From: Balanoglossus misakiensis
Lineage: Eukaryota > Animalia > Hemichordata
Direction: 5' to 3'
Assembly (NCBI GenBank): GCA_040954595.2
Contig: CM082576.2
Location: 2,950,760 to 3,014,759 of the forward strand
DNA length: 64,000 bases
In this document: one piece after another, positions 38,109 through 52,300 of the stretch
How positions within the stretch are numbered: position 1 is the stretch's first letter
Layout: each line of letters opens with the position of its first letter
Notes under the pieces: generated by a model
The model's input: only the letters and a program-made list of their open reading frames with translations
What the model was told of the DNA's origin: nothing
The model's database searches: none
Program-made: the position numbers and the translations under genes

Positions 38109-41100
38109 CCGCTTGCATATGATTTCTCCGTTGGCAACGACTAGTTACAAGTAAGCTTAAACAGTTACGGACCCGGCTGGTAAATATGGTGTTTATAACA
38201 ATCCACACTTTTCAGTTGAAGCTAAAGTCAAACTCTGCCAAAACGACAACCTAAATTAAGAGAGATAATGAAAGCACTTATGGTCTAACCATTAGTCTCT
38301 TGGTTGCCGTGGCGTTCATTTGACTTCTGATGGACTGGTCGGCTGGCTGGCTGGCCCTGCATTGATAAGTACACTACGCTGCAGCGGAATGACAAGTAAG
38401 ATATTATCTGGCCCGATTTATATTCATTCGTATTCATCGCGTGTCGACCCTATCACGTCCTACTCCTGCCCAATTTTCTCGGGAGATAAAAAGATATTCC
38501 CTCGGAGTTAATCTCGCAAATCACGGGACATCGACGGTTTGTGCCAAACATCACGCAGTATAGCGTGCGCGCGCGTTTGAAGTGGGATCACTACGTTGCT
38601 TATTTAGTTTTGCATGATTTGCGTATATCTCGGGGCTCCGTGGTCAACTTTTCTGACGTTTATCGTGCGCGCCGCGTCACTGGGTTCACGTCAAGAGATA
38701 CTATAGTTACTACGCGAGAGGTTTGGATACACCAAAGGAAAGTGCTTAGCTAGCACTGGCGAGAATTTCAATTGCTTGTTAGGCGAAAAGTTTTCAAGCA
38801 CCTTTCAATGAATTAATTGACTCTTCCCTCCTTTAATATTATTGACGGCGTTCAAATAGAGGCGGCTTTTAACGCTCTTTACGTTGTATGACGAGGCTCT
38901 CTATCAGATAAGCTCTTTCTATCACCGAGCGATTGCTTTTATCGGAAGGTGTGGAGAATATTTCCGCGGGGGATGGGGGAAATTGATGATTGAATTAATG
39001 GGAATATATGACACGGTTTCCTGGTAATTTATCACTTGGAGGTATCAGTGGTGGCGATAGGGCTACCTGACATAAATCATCGTCAATAGTGGCCAGTCAA
39101 TATTCATACAATTGGATCTTATACGTGACTAATTATGTGCAGTACCCACGCGCTTATTTTAGCTGCTGTCAGTTTAGGTCAATTTTAGTAAGCTAATTTC
39201 TCAATCGAGCGCGGTTGTGGAATCTGTGTTGTCTGTAAACCTTCCGAAAGTGGAAGGTCGATGCATGTGTACTGCAGAGCGAATTAACTGCTGAAAATTT
39301 GCGAGTAACAGGGCTAATTGTCGCCACGCCAGTCGCCAACTTTAACGTCGTTGTAAATCTACGTGTTTTTTGCCATCGATACGCTGCATCTTGCCTGCCA
39401 TTCACTTGATTGTCACGTGACACCTGATACAGTGACTCGCACTGCGAAGTCGATCGCACGATCACGGACCTTTGTGCCGGTCACAAATGGAAACAGTTAA
39501 CGAACACGAGCAACGCAGGCTGTACCGTTCTTCTCTGATAACGCACCCTGGAAGGCTATTAACTGATCATAATTTAATGGTCGGTCCTTCGAGGTTGAAA
39601 ATCCGCCAGAACTCACCTGTCGCCAATCGTTTCACAGACCACAGTCCGACGTGCGTCTCGCCTTCCACACCGAGTAACCCCGTGTTCTCTTTTACTTAGA
39701 AAGCCTTCGGTCCTTGGCACACAGGTCGATGCTCTCACGATCGTGAAGGTACACTATCCGATTCAATCTCGCGTTTAAAAATGAAAAACAGCCACTCGTT
39801 TCCCTGAAGCGCAGCGGAAGAGGGAGACAGCGGGGATTATTAGAACATATTCTTCATTGAGTTCGAAACTTCCAGGCAGGTTTGCAGTCTCGGAACTGTT
39901 GAATCCCCTTTCTGTGTTATTCACTGATGGCGGTTTTTATCTTAATACCGACGACGACGACGAACGACAGGCAACAATGCTCTATTGGCTGACTGGCAGT
40001 TGCGGTAAGACCGTCCGATATCTGCCGTCGACGAGAGGGATCTGTAAGCTGGATCCGACTTGATAATCTGCCTTAAAGCTGCAAGCTTCTTATGTGTGGG
40101 TAATTGCATCTACGGCATAATCCTCGTGCCCGTCTCTCTGCATCTCGGATAAAGCTGTTTAAACGGGCTGTTTCATTTTCAGAACGGGGAGGATATCTTT
40201 GTTCTCGGTGGCATAGTTGGAGCGCATGCAAAATCGAAATTACGAAAACTATCGTTGGCACTGGAGGCTTTCGTGGCGTCTTATGTTGTGTAATAGAGTG
40301 TTTTGAGTGATATTGCAACTCGCCCTGACAATGGCAGTTACGGCGCCGTCGAAACAGAATAACTGTGATTCAATTGATCCGCTTGTCACGTGATATCGGT
40401 TATTTCTGCCTAAATTTGTTGTGAGTAGTTAACTTTGCACTCACAAAACCACACACACAAAATCACGAGGCTTAGACACCATCTTCTCAACCAAGACACT
40501 GAAACCACCCCTCGTCATCAGCCATTTTTAACGCTGTACCCGCGTATGCAAATGGTATCTCCCATTTGAAGCGAGTGCACTCTTACTTAAAAGCAACACA
40601 GAGGTGGCAGTTCGTAAGACACACAAAAAACTCGGATACGACTGGAAGTGGGAATTAAAGGGAAATAGTTCTCATCCTAGTGCGCAGGCTATCACGCAAC
40701 AGCCACGGCGAGTGGGATCAGCTACACAAAAAAGAATAATTGGCAGGAGATATAGATATTATACATGTGAGCCATATTGGAACAACGGAAAGGCAGCGCC
40801 GAGCCCAAGTCTTAGCAACGATTTACACGACTGACTGAGACTATAGGTGTCGTCGGTTCATCTGAGGCCGTAGCTGAAGAAAAATGCATGTGCGCTATCT
40901 TTTCAAGCAGAAATTCATTCATGACTCGAAAAAGACATATAAATCTAAAAACATTTTACATTAAAATCATAAAAAATCTAATTAATTTCGTTCTAACATG
41001 TCTAGGATAATTCCCGTGTATATTTTCAATAAATAGATGTATTTTTTATTTCATTTGGTGCTGTTGGCATGGGAAAATATTCATCCTAGTATCATGTTTT

Positions 41101-44100
41101 GCGTCAGACAGACCTCTGTGACATTCTTAACACTCCCAGGTTTCCGTAAACAGAATCGTAATAACTGCATCCATTAGGATATTCAGTCTCGTTCTTATAC
41201 TGATGATATCAAACTCTGTGTCACCTACAGAATCCGCCCAGTATGCGTTCCCGGGTTAAATAATTCAAACTGCGGATGAAATAGCGTATTATATACAAAA
41301 GTGACTTGTGAATCTCAAAACGAACCTCGAACCACTACCGGCTGGATAGTACACCAACAATTTGAATGTGCTTGAAAGAGAAACCGTTCATACATAACTT
41401 GGAATGCTGGTATGATGGGATAGTTTATTTTATCGGTGACCGTCCGTTGCAATTCCCCGTGGGAAAATATTCCAGCCAATGTATATTGCAGGTCACGCTT
41501 TGCAACCAAGGACGACTGAGCGCATTACAAGTAACGATGGAAACAGGAAAAACATTCCAAAATAGCGCAGTTCCGAAATCACTATTTGATGGGGGTCAAA
41601 GCCGAAGAGCCACAAACTTGGAAAGGTGATTGCCTAGATCATACCAGTGGTTGGTATTTGATTTGCTTCAATTAATTATGTTTCGGCATAAAATTATTAC
41701 GTATACCCCGCTGTGTGATTTTCTCAGTCGTGTAGATGCAGAGAGTAGTTTCCCGAAAATTCTTTATAGGCTGCGATGATGTCATGCCCTTAAAATGTTA
41801 TACGCCATAAACTTAAGAAGCATTAACACATTCGGAATGATTGGACGCCGCCTCCAGCGTTTTCTTTAAAAGTGCGGGGCCCAATAAACCGCCGGCGGTA
41901 AAAGCTTACAGACTCCTATGTTGGATGTCGTAAACGCGAATTTTGGCGCGATAAGTGGTCAAGCGTACATAGAGCGGCATCGGGAAAGTTGTTAACGAGG
42001 CACTTGAGACGGCCCGGCTGTGTGTGAACGCCGGACGTAAATGTCTGCAAACGACTGCACAGAGTGCCGCCCGGTCAGCCGTAGGGACGGGTATACGCTG
42101 ACACCACGGTCGCTCGCAGTGTCGGCGGTGCATGAAGACGAATGCACAGTGCACGGAGCATAAATTTAATTGCTCCGGCAGAGGCCCAATCGTAATAAAT
42201 ATAATACCATACTCAATTTGAGACGTCGTAAAGAAGTCTGACCCCACACGCTTCTGCTGTCCAGCAGAATAACCGTGTTCTCATTTTCTCGGCCTCGCCG
42301 TTATCTCGTTTATATGAACAAAATTATCAAAGTTGCAAAAACTCATCCGTACCATCTAACCTTGCGCAATAGATCCGGTTCAGAAGGAATGAGTAATCGA
42401 ATAAGACAACACAATAATGCCAAGACTTCCGTTTTCAAGAAACGTTCTACTTACATGGATAAGTGAAAGAACGCTATGAAAATTGCCATGGTAACCCAAG
42501 GCGCAGGATCTCAACTCATTTCACATGGTAATTCATGGATCACAGCGCGCAGTAAGGATACTGGCATCCATGCTAATTTTCTTGATTCGTTTTCTTTCTT
42601 TTAAATGAAACTTCATCAAAGTTTTATGCACAGCGATAAATTGAAAGTTAATTGGGAACGCGTCGGTCGGGTTGAAACGGACTGGAATGATCTGGTGGGA
42701 TTGGCTGCCATGGAAACCGCACGGGTCTCGTAACAAGGGTTTATAACCAAGGGGTTCAAAGTCAAAATTACTAGTCGGGAGGTTGGCATGTTATGGCGCG
42801 TCATCTGCGACGACCTTGCAATTGGATACTCATTGTTTTAATCAAAGTATCGACAGTGGTGTTAAACCACGGTCACGCCGTGGTTCAACGAGTTTTTTCC
42901 TTAATACAGATAATTGAGTTCTGCGCAGTATAGTCTAAAGCACGCAGTTGTTTTTTTAAATGAGAAATTAACGGCCAAGGTCACGGTGATCAATAGGTCA
43001 AGATCAGCAATACGAACAAGCTCTTAAAGTAGCATCATTACTAGTCATCGCCATCTGCTTCAGCTGTTCACATGTAGAATGCAGAGAGTCTGTTGTGCAT
43101 GTTTTTTTTATATAAACTACTTTTTATGACACTAAAATATAGCTGCAAATATCCCGGGAGACTTGCCAGCACTGTAGGAAACTCCACTACACACCCAAGA
43201 CACTGACTTGCCCAACAGCGCGAAGGGCAGATGGGATGACAGTAACAGACTGTAAGAACTCTCTGACTCGACACGCTAACAAAGACGGTCAGTGCCATCT
43301 TCTAAACTACTGTACTCCATTTTGCATTTTACGCCGTGATATTTAAAAGAGGTCAGAAAAATGACTGATATAATCTATTAAGTTGTGCGGGCCACTTATT
43401 CGATGAAAGTAGACGGAATTGGTGTGTTTGAGGTCAGCACTCTCATCCCCGTGTCATCATTATCTGTCATGTACATCGTTCAGATTTACGCCGCCTGACA
43501 AGGCGTTTGTTCGGAGATGAGTTCGTTGGGGATACATATTAAATATTATGATATTATTTAGCTCACGATTCTTTCAAAACGTACGTGGTGTACGCGCACA
43601 AGGAAAGTAGCGGAAATTCGGCGCAAAATTCACGCAAACTGTCATCCTTGAAAATCTGCTTCTGTCACGAAGCATTCCAGAGAGTGCCCGTGGTGATTAG
43701 CAACTGATTACGCTAAGCGAGAGTTTTTGTGATGTCGTGGCGCGGGCTTCCGAGTCGTCAAACGTCATTCTGCGTGCGGAAGGGACGACCTAAAATCTAA
43801 CAGCGCGAAAACAAGCCCCCAAAGTCGACGATTTCACGTACACATGTACATGTAGAAGCAGGTCGGGCGCGGTTTACATCATGATCATGCCATTATCCAA
43901 AAAGAAACGTGAGGGTCAGAATTGTGAACCAACTGTAACGCGTACAATTAGCTATTGAAATAAATTCTGAGGCATCTTTCAACAGGGCCCTTCGGTATGT
44001 GACATACATCATCTCATTTGCAATTTTAACGTGTTACTCACCTTTTGTTGATCCTTCTTATGTTGGTATCATCCACGCTCTAACTTTAGCTCAAACCACT

Positions 44101-44932
44101 GACATGCTACTCCAGGGGGTTTCCACATGGATTCCTTGCTTTGAGGCAGCTCAAGGGTTTGTAGGTCATACAGGTAAACACTGAGATCTGTTTTATGTTA
44201 TTTTGCCTTTTCTTCTTGGTTAGAACAAGCTGAAATAAATAATGTTGCAGTTAGTTTCGGGTTAAACCATTTTTATCGAGGACGATTTCCTGAAACCAAC
44301 CCTTCATTTTGGCAGACGGATTAAATTATATTTTTATCACACATTATGAGAAAAAAATGGCAAGGGGCTTGCAGAGTACTAGTGTAGATACACTACCTTA
44401 CACCTTCAAGAAGATTGCAGAATGACTATGCGCCATAAGGATCAGACAATAACTATTCAAACTCGACCAAAATTATGAGTCAATTAATATACGAAGTAAA
44501 ATTTCCTATTCCATTAAGAAGCTAGATAAGCTTTTTTCGGCAAAGTGACGGCGAGACTGAAATTGACTCAATCTTAAATCTACACCCATCCATCAAGATT
44601 TGCGACTTGATATTTGATTCGATCTATATCTGACGACCCAGCTAGAAGAAATGATTAATTCATTCGCAATCAGAGAATGGTTTTCCTGAGTAATCAAGAG
44701 AGATGGAGGCCCACAGACGGCAATTCTGAGTCATTAAAAATAGAAGTTAAAATATACCGTACTTTTAAGTGTGGGGGATTCCATATGCTTTATTTATGGA
44801 GGGGTAGCGGAGGCCTGATCACCCTGATAAGCTTTGCGAGTGGAAGATGAAATCGTCAGGAGTCATTATGCACAATCATCACATCACTCGGCGATTCAAA
44901 CGATTGACTTGAGAGCAACAGAGACATAGCTA

Positions 44933-45110
44933 AGGGAAGCACAATTTGATTTCTAAGGAGTGGAGGATTTTTGGAGAGAAAAAAATTGGCAGATGGTGCG
45001 GAGGAAAAAAGAATCTTCTGCGATGCTTTGAGAAAAAGGACTGGCAATCGTGTTGAAATTTGTCATACCCAAATCTTATCCCCCCCTCAGAAGTCAAATG
45101 GTTCATCCCT
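44933..45110. mobile_element. MITE, 178 bp, with about 22-bp imperfect TIRs and AGCTA direct flanks
   Basis: Left end: AGGGAAGCACAATTTGATTTCT. Right end (reverse complement): AGGGATGAACCATTTGACTTCT. AGCTA occurs at 44928-44932 and 45111-45115. A related terminus occurs at 54393. Confidence 0.7.
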
Positions 45111-46926
45111 AGCTAACAGGCAAACACCACTCACAGCTTAAAACATAATTTTAGATGATACATCCCATTTGCCCCGATTCTCGCCATGTTTCCTTCGTCG
45201 ATGGGATTGTTTTCCCGGAACTGGTCGCAAAAACGATTCAAACAACATACTATACTTTTAAGAGTTTTCCGGTTTATAACACGATAAACGTTTTTACTGC
45301 ACCACTGAGAAATCGCATCACAAGGTAAAAGTGTTGTGTTTCCTTGGATAAACTGTTTTTAGCAATGTGTTCAAAAGCCATGCGCTATCTGAATTCCACT
45401 GGGATTCCAGCAATGCACTTGACCCACAACTCCCATACATTCAGCCTCTTAACAGACCAACATCTTGAGAAAATAGCTTAGTCCTGTCTGAAGGCAGGAT
45501 GCATAAACAAGTTTAACTGTCTATGCCTCCCAAGGAATTTCGGAAATCTCAAATGCAAAATGCAAGCATTCTTCCTATACATGTAATGCAGCTCATTTCT
45601 ACAACATGCTGGCAAAACACTCAAAATATAACTTTCTGTTAAGTAGAGGCGCACTGCATCCGAATGGAATTTTATGGACAACCGCTGCAGTACAACACTC
45701 CCCCGTTCTCCCAAACCTCGATTGCTCTATCAAGTGCGCGTACTCCGAGTCTCTCCGCGTAATGGCAAGTTTGATTGCACTTTGATGTTTACAGAATACT
45801 TCAATTATCGAGGGGGACTCAGGAACACAAATACCATTAGAGCGACACTGACGCGGTCCCATTGACTTAACGAAGTCAAACCGAGAAATCTCACGTTCTG
45901 TTTGTCGGCCCACTGCATGCCGGGAAAACAGAATAAGCCTGGCGACTAACAGTGAATGAGTGATATGTATTTTTTTTCTCTTAAAGGAAATCTGCATTTG
46001 AGTAGTATGGGCTTTATAATACGCTGACAAATTAGATGCATGATAAACCAATGAATATCTTTATACGCTCCGGTTCGCCAATGTTTCACAGAGAGCGCAA
46101 CATCATCAATAACACCGACGATTACAAAACCTTCAGCAAATAATGACGCTGGCATTTCCGATTTTGCTCAACCGAACGATTTAAAAATTCATATTCTGCC
46201 TGCTAAGAGTAACGAGCGATCTCGTTCATCACGAAAAACGATATTTAAATCACGCGAAGGATTGAATCGGGAAATTATGCAAATATCATCCGTCTTGATA
46301 AATGACAGTCCGCGCGCGCGTATGATATTGGCTGTATTTGAATCACACGCAAAAGTAAAATTGACCGATCGTAGGTGACGTATCATTTATTACGGGTGAT
46401 GTTTACGACTAATAAGAATTGGCAGTCGAATCAGATCTGGAATAGACTTGGTGACTTGATATAAAATAATATTTTGTCTGTGATGACCAGAGAATATTAA
46501 AAGACGGCATGCCGAGCAAGATGTTAGCTTGGTGACAACTTAACTTTCACCATGGCATTACCGCAATGATTTAACAAACCGGGGACATGAAAATGCAATT
46601 ATCTCGCAGTTTAGTACTAATCTATGTAAGCTCAGACAATTATCTCCATGTGCGCGTGTTTGTTATCGACCGCACTTTTGCAGAGGTCCTTGACGAGGAC
46701 CTTTTCTATACAATCTGGGACCTCGACAAGTGATGCTAGTAAATGTACAGTGGACTCCGCTCTCTTTGACTCGCAATTTGCGCAGCAATTCTGCACAGAA
46801 TGAAATATCAGTGTTCTCCGAGTCGGTTGCCATGAGGTCACAGTGCGACAAGTATGAAAAATGAACAGTAGCCGTGACTCTTGTTTATGATTTTGTTCTG
46901 TGAATCCGTTTATTTCTTGGGGAGAA

Positions 46927-46952
46927 CCCCCCCCCCCCCCCCCCCCCCCCCC
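46927..46952. repeat. poly(C) tract, 26 nt (G4-capable on the minus strand)
   Basis: Read directly from the sequence. Confidence 0.92.
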
Positions 46953-47737
46953 GCTGTGCTTGCTGCACGCTCCTGAGAGTATCGATACTCCAATATCCGA
47001 ACCTGGATTCAGTCCTATGCCACATAGTACACACGCGAACGGGAAAACGTTGCCTTGACGCGCCGCGAACCCGGAAATCTTAGCATGCTTTCGTGAAGAC
47101 GGCAAGAAACAGTCTAAGGTGATACGACTCGGCTGTAGATATATATGTTATTGCAGTGCTTCTTCAAATTAAATCAAATTGTCTTTCTTATTTTCAAACT
47201 GATTGATTTCTTCAAGTTAATCAGTACACAATACACCCAATTGGATTATTCTCGTCTCCGTCGTACTTTGGCCGACAAGGACCACCCAAAAAGCGTGGGT
47301 TCACGTACATGTACATACTATACTAATACGTGGATGTGTTCCTCCTCAAAAACATTCACGTTTATGACAACACGCGCCTGGCAAATAACCTAGTACGGGG
47401 TACGGAACACAGATAAGCTGGTTTAAAAGAAAACAAGATATGGAATTTCAACTCATGTCTCGGGAATCAGGATGCGTGCTGCTGCGAATATCCAATTGCA
47501 GAAATTTGGATGCTGAAGAAATAAATTTCGGTAAATTTGGCGCCAAAATGGCGCTCTCCCGCGCATGCCCTGGGTGTATGTTATGATTTATGCTACATAT
47601 TTCATTCCCAAAGAGAATCAGACGAGCAAATATGAGAAAACAGCCCTGAAGTACGATCAAATATGCTAATATCGATACCAAACCTCATTTAGGGGTTGAG
47701 TTGTAAAACCTATAAGGGGCAAAACGGAACCCAGGCT

Positions 47738-47765
47738 ATATAAAAGTTATAATGACCTTTGACCT
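47738..47765 (+). promoter_or_regulatory. TATA-like TATATAAAAG followed by a perfect DR1 (TGACCTTTGACCT, 47753-47765)
   Basis: The motifs are read directly; function is inferred. Confidence 0.35.
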
Positions 47766-49251
47766 CGCTCGCCAACGGGGTGTACATTTTGTACACTAAC
47801 GAGGATTTACTCGAAAATCCCGATCATCTATCACATTTAGTTCACCTCTCGCAAACAAATACAAAAATATGATCGATGACAAAAGAACTCAATAGCTTTT
47901 TCCCTGTGAATCATCAAATACCTATTTGAAAGTCCACAAACAAAAATAATGAATCTGGTTATTCAGAGACGGTTCGAGAAGGCGACAGAGGTCAGAATGA
48001 AAAACATAAATCTGACATTTGTAATAAAACTCAGGGGTTGTCACGTGTGCAAATAGTTGCACTTGCCATCAAAATCACTTCAACCATTTAAGATATGTTT
48101 TGAAACTAAAGTGACACCATATTTCTAGAACTTATAAGTTGAGTATTCTGATCAGAAGATAGAACGTTCATTTTCTTGAGCAGGAATCCACTGTTTTCGA
48201 ACAAGATCATGTTAAATTCCTAGCCGTGTGATCCAGCCGTCCCCTGGAAAAACGATTGACTTACGCCTATGCAAATCGGCCATTGACACGTCATCTGGAG
48301 AAAGTATTTACTGATATATATTCCACTAAAATATCCTCTATAGATGTGAATAAACTACATTACCACATTCTTTTCGCCGTGACACAAAACACAAATTTGA
48401 CAACTCCTTAGCGAAAATACAACATGTGTCCTTAAAGGGTTTACGAGAAAACACAGAACTCTGCAATTACGTGGACCCAGATAAATAAACACCCGACGGT
48501 GAAACATGTGGCCTCTATTAACCTCGGAGGCAAATAATGCGTGGTGCGAATAACAACATTTGTTTAGCAATGCAGATAATTAGTTGTTGATGAACGAATT
48601 ATATCCGTTCCTTAGGGCCCATCTAGGCTTTTCAGCTGTGAGATGTAATAGCTACAACCATTTCCATGCAAACTGCGCCAATAGTCGGAATGACCACGGT
48701 GGCATTAGTTGCAGAGCTATCTAGAAAAACCACGGTGCGTTACATGGCGCTCTACTTCTGTTGACCATCGTCCAGCGCGCAAGCACAAAATCGTATGCTT
48801 ACAAAAAACAGTCTGCCAACAGAACTCCACTGTTGCACTCCGGTAGTGATACAAAACAGAAGACAACCGTCCATTTGCAACAAGGTAACGTGAATCTAAT
48901 GAGAATATATCGAATCCATGCGTTATGTTGCCCAACCGATTTGTACCTGTCGGCACCAATGTCCGCTTTGGCTAACAACAACAAAGTGATGAGACTCGTG
49001 AGACCGTACAGAGAAACATCGCCAGAAACTATATTGACACATGCGCACTAGAGGATACTATCGCCTTTGATCCTGATATGCACGAAGAAACTAAACTCCT
49101 GTATCCGAAATTGTCTGTTGCTTTCTCTCCGATATATGCATCAATCTTACTAGAGTCAACACAACAGTCACTTCTTCAGACAGGTGACGTGGGCGCAAGC
49201 GCAACCTATCTGGCTTTCACGCAAGGAGCTTTACGAACTTACGGTGGCAAA

Positions 49252-49374
49252 ATGGCTGCAAGCTCTGGCTATGACAGATTAACCATTAGTAAACCGACAA
49301 AGGGATAACAGAACATAACATGACAAAAAATGGGAGACAGACAATAAATGGCCAGCCAGGAGACACACGAACAA
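49252..49374 (+). pseudogene. Frameshifted relic of an N-terminal SAP DNA-binding domain
   Basis: After caaaATGG, the composite translation is MAASSGYDRLTISKPTKG*Q / EHNMTKNGRQT / MASQETHEQ. This aligns by eye with the SAP consensus (LTVxELKxELKxRGLxxxGxKxELIxRL). Many mismatches are single-base changes (CCG/CTG, TAA/TTA, CAG/CTG). Confidence 0.4.
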
Positions 49375-52300
49375 GTCTGGAAAACGGGCATGCGTGACAG
49401 ACAGCAATAAACAGCGGATGCAGACGACCAGCTAGTATATTCCATCGAAAAGGCGCCAAAATGTGTGCTGAGAATGATCATAAAAACGTTAAAGCGTATA
49501 CGTCCAGGGCACAAAGAAATACTTTGAAAAATATAAATAATTGCGTGGAAATGTGTTCTTTTTACATGCCTTTTTTAGGACGTGTGTATTTATTTACTCA
49601 GTGAACAAAATGGAATTTTTTTCTACTTCGACTGTAAAATGCATCTCTTTTAGTTCTGTAAGCAAACTACATAGCCTAATATCAACAACATAATAGATAA
49701 GGAGATTAAAGTTTAATTTATTCTTTCATGGCGGAGTCGGTCGTAGGCGACCAACTCTGGAATTTTATTACCGAGTTAACATGGGCTTCTTTCTGCAGAA
49801 GCTCGGATTGCTCCTACACAAATGAAAGGATCGTTCGACAATGCAGAAGGCTGTTTGCTTTATCGTGACTTTAACAATTTGCAAGAGACAAATTTACGAG
49901 ATCCTTGTAAGGGCACATCCTGAGAGCGCGTTAACGGCGAGATATAATTGCGTAGGGGGAGCTGGCACGATTTTATCGTTTTGCTTTCCACTCGCCTGAA
50001 TTCGCTCTTTCATCGTCCGATGCTTGCAAGTGACCCTGACTTTCGAGTGCGCTCGACAAGGGCGCCATGCCGTCTTGGCAAAATTAATTGTTCGTTTTTA
50101 TCAGTCTGTTTTATGTACCGTAACGCAACGACCTGGAAAGAGAGTCGCTGTCACTATGATGATAACATCAACGCGCATAAAACAAACTGTGGCGTTGGAT
50201 AAACACTGGTCGCGTATGGTTTATAGAGAAAATGAATAAAATGGCAGGATTGTCAGAGTTAGGGCCCCTATAAGTAATTTCAAAGGCGTGTATGATCACT
50301 CGATTATGGAAGTGTGTCTTTGACTCGATGCATAACTAGAACATGAGCGGTTTTGCAAAAACCGCTTCGTCTCGATGACTTTCCAATGAACGCCCGGTTT
50401 GCCCATATAAATATTCACTGTACATTCTATTATAAAATAAAAATGGACTGTCTACTTCTCTCATCAGAGTACCCAATATCGGTTCCGTGTGATAATTGGC
50501 ACCTGTGGGCGCCTCAGACAAAAATATTCAGACTCTGACCGACCTTCTCATCTATGGCTTCTACTGCGGCCTTCACCTTATAAGTATCAGAACATGAAAG
50601 ACGCACACAGAGAAATACACAAGCAACAGGGTATTACACTAACGCGAAGTCTTGCCAAAGCCTCTTAGGGGTCGTGGACATTTCACTCAAACAAACAATG
50701 CCAATTACCCGTGCTATTTGGAGTCTGCAGAGAACGGGGTGCCCATTTGAAATATTATGAAATATAGATTCTAAGATATAACTTTCGCCTTTCCATCAAA
50801 ATCGCTTAATGATATACTCGCACAGTGCATTGATAATATCATACAGGGGGTGGACTAATCGAGCAACTTTGGGTGATTATGCATGATTTAACGCCAAGTG
50901 CAGCCTGTTTACGTCTGAACTATGACCGGAATGCACCCTTCATAAAGCCACAAAATGACCTATTGCACACACAAATATTGTTTATAGCTTTTCGCCAATC
51001 AAACTGTGTAGCATAAAAGAGCGGCCAACGGGCATCCTATAGATGATAAATAGGCAAATCATGTTTTTTGTAATAAGATATCGACATCCGCAGCTTGAAA
51101 GTCTTCTTAGACACGAAGGCGATCGCAGCTAAAATTCTGCGTAAATCAACTGCGAAGATAAGGGGGTCAGCGGTCGGATCTTATGCCTTCTGGGATGTTT
51201 TGATTAAACTCGCATGAAAACCGCAGTTTCTCCGGAAGTTTTTTTCTGTTTTGCGCTCCAGATTTTCGTTACTTCCTGGACTACATTTCCGTAAAAGAGG
51301 CAACAGGTATAATGGCTTGTCAGTCCGACGGCTCTTTAATAACTTCGCGGGTTTCAGATTTCACAAACAAATTAATCTCCGTCAATCATACTCCGACATG
51401 CATTAAGGATTTCATCTCTCGGGAAAGAAATGATTGGAGAGTGAAGAAAGTCGCAATGAATAGAAGCAGATCTAATGTACAAGTCAAGTGAGCTATGTAC
51501 AATTTACATGTATAGTAAGCAACGTGAGGTGACAGTGTGCCCACTAAAATCAAAAGTTTCGCTATCATGAAAAGTTTGTACGACCGAGACAGATGTAAAA
51601 AACCGTGTATCTGCTCCAAATGCTTGAATCTTTCAAATGTAAGATCTTTCCTGTTGAATGGGTAGTTGTACTTTTGTGACTTTTCTGCCCTTGACTTGTA
51701 ATCAATATGATACACGTCGACAATTCATGCGTTCGTCCTGATCAAGTGACAGCGCGTTGGTCACGGAGTGGTATGCGGCTTTGTTTATGTAAATAAAATA
51801 AGATCGCTGTTTCGGGTCACGCTGCCTCACCGACACACTGAACTGGAAACAAGACGTCACAGACGTATAGATGTGTCGATATGAAAGCTGAATGACCCTG
51901 AGACAAACACGTGTGTGTTTTCCAGGAACCACGCCCGTTGCTATCCCTTGCTAACGAATGTCACATAGCGTCTACTGCAGACACACAGTCTGTTTACTAA
52001 TATGCGATCAGGCTTATTGGTCTTTTTGTCTACCGGAAACGTTAGTGTTTTGAAATTTATTTTCCTTTCACTGAAACTTGCTTAAACATTACTAGTAGCT
52101 GACGACATAGCCGTAACACATGTGCGTGCAACCATGAGACAGCACAGCGCTCTACTGTCTATGCAATCTGATTCAAATCAGATGTAGGGAACGGCGTCAA
52201 CAGACGTGCATTTTAAAATTGCACGTGTCAATTTTAATCAGATTGCTGTCTATGATGCAACAGTTATTACGGTTTGATTGATCGGAGATGGCGATATTGT

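Noticed and set aside
46632-47105. 157-aa minus-strand ORF with poly-Gly
   Set aside because: The poly-Gly derives from the C26 tract and no domain is recognisable.
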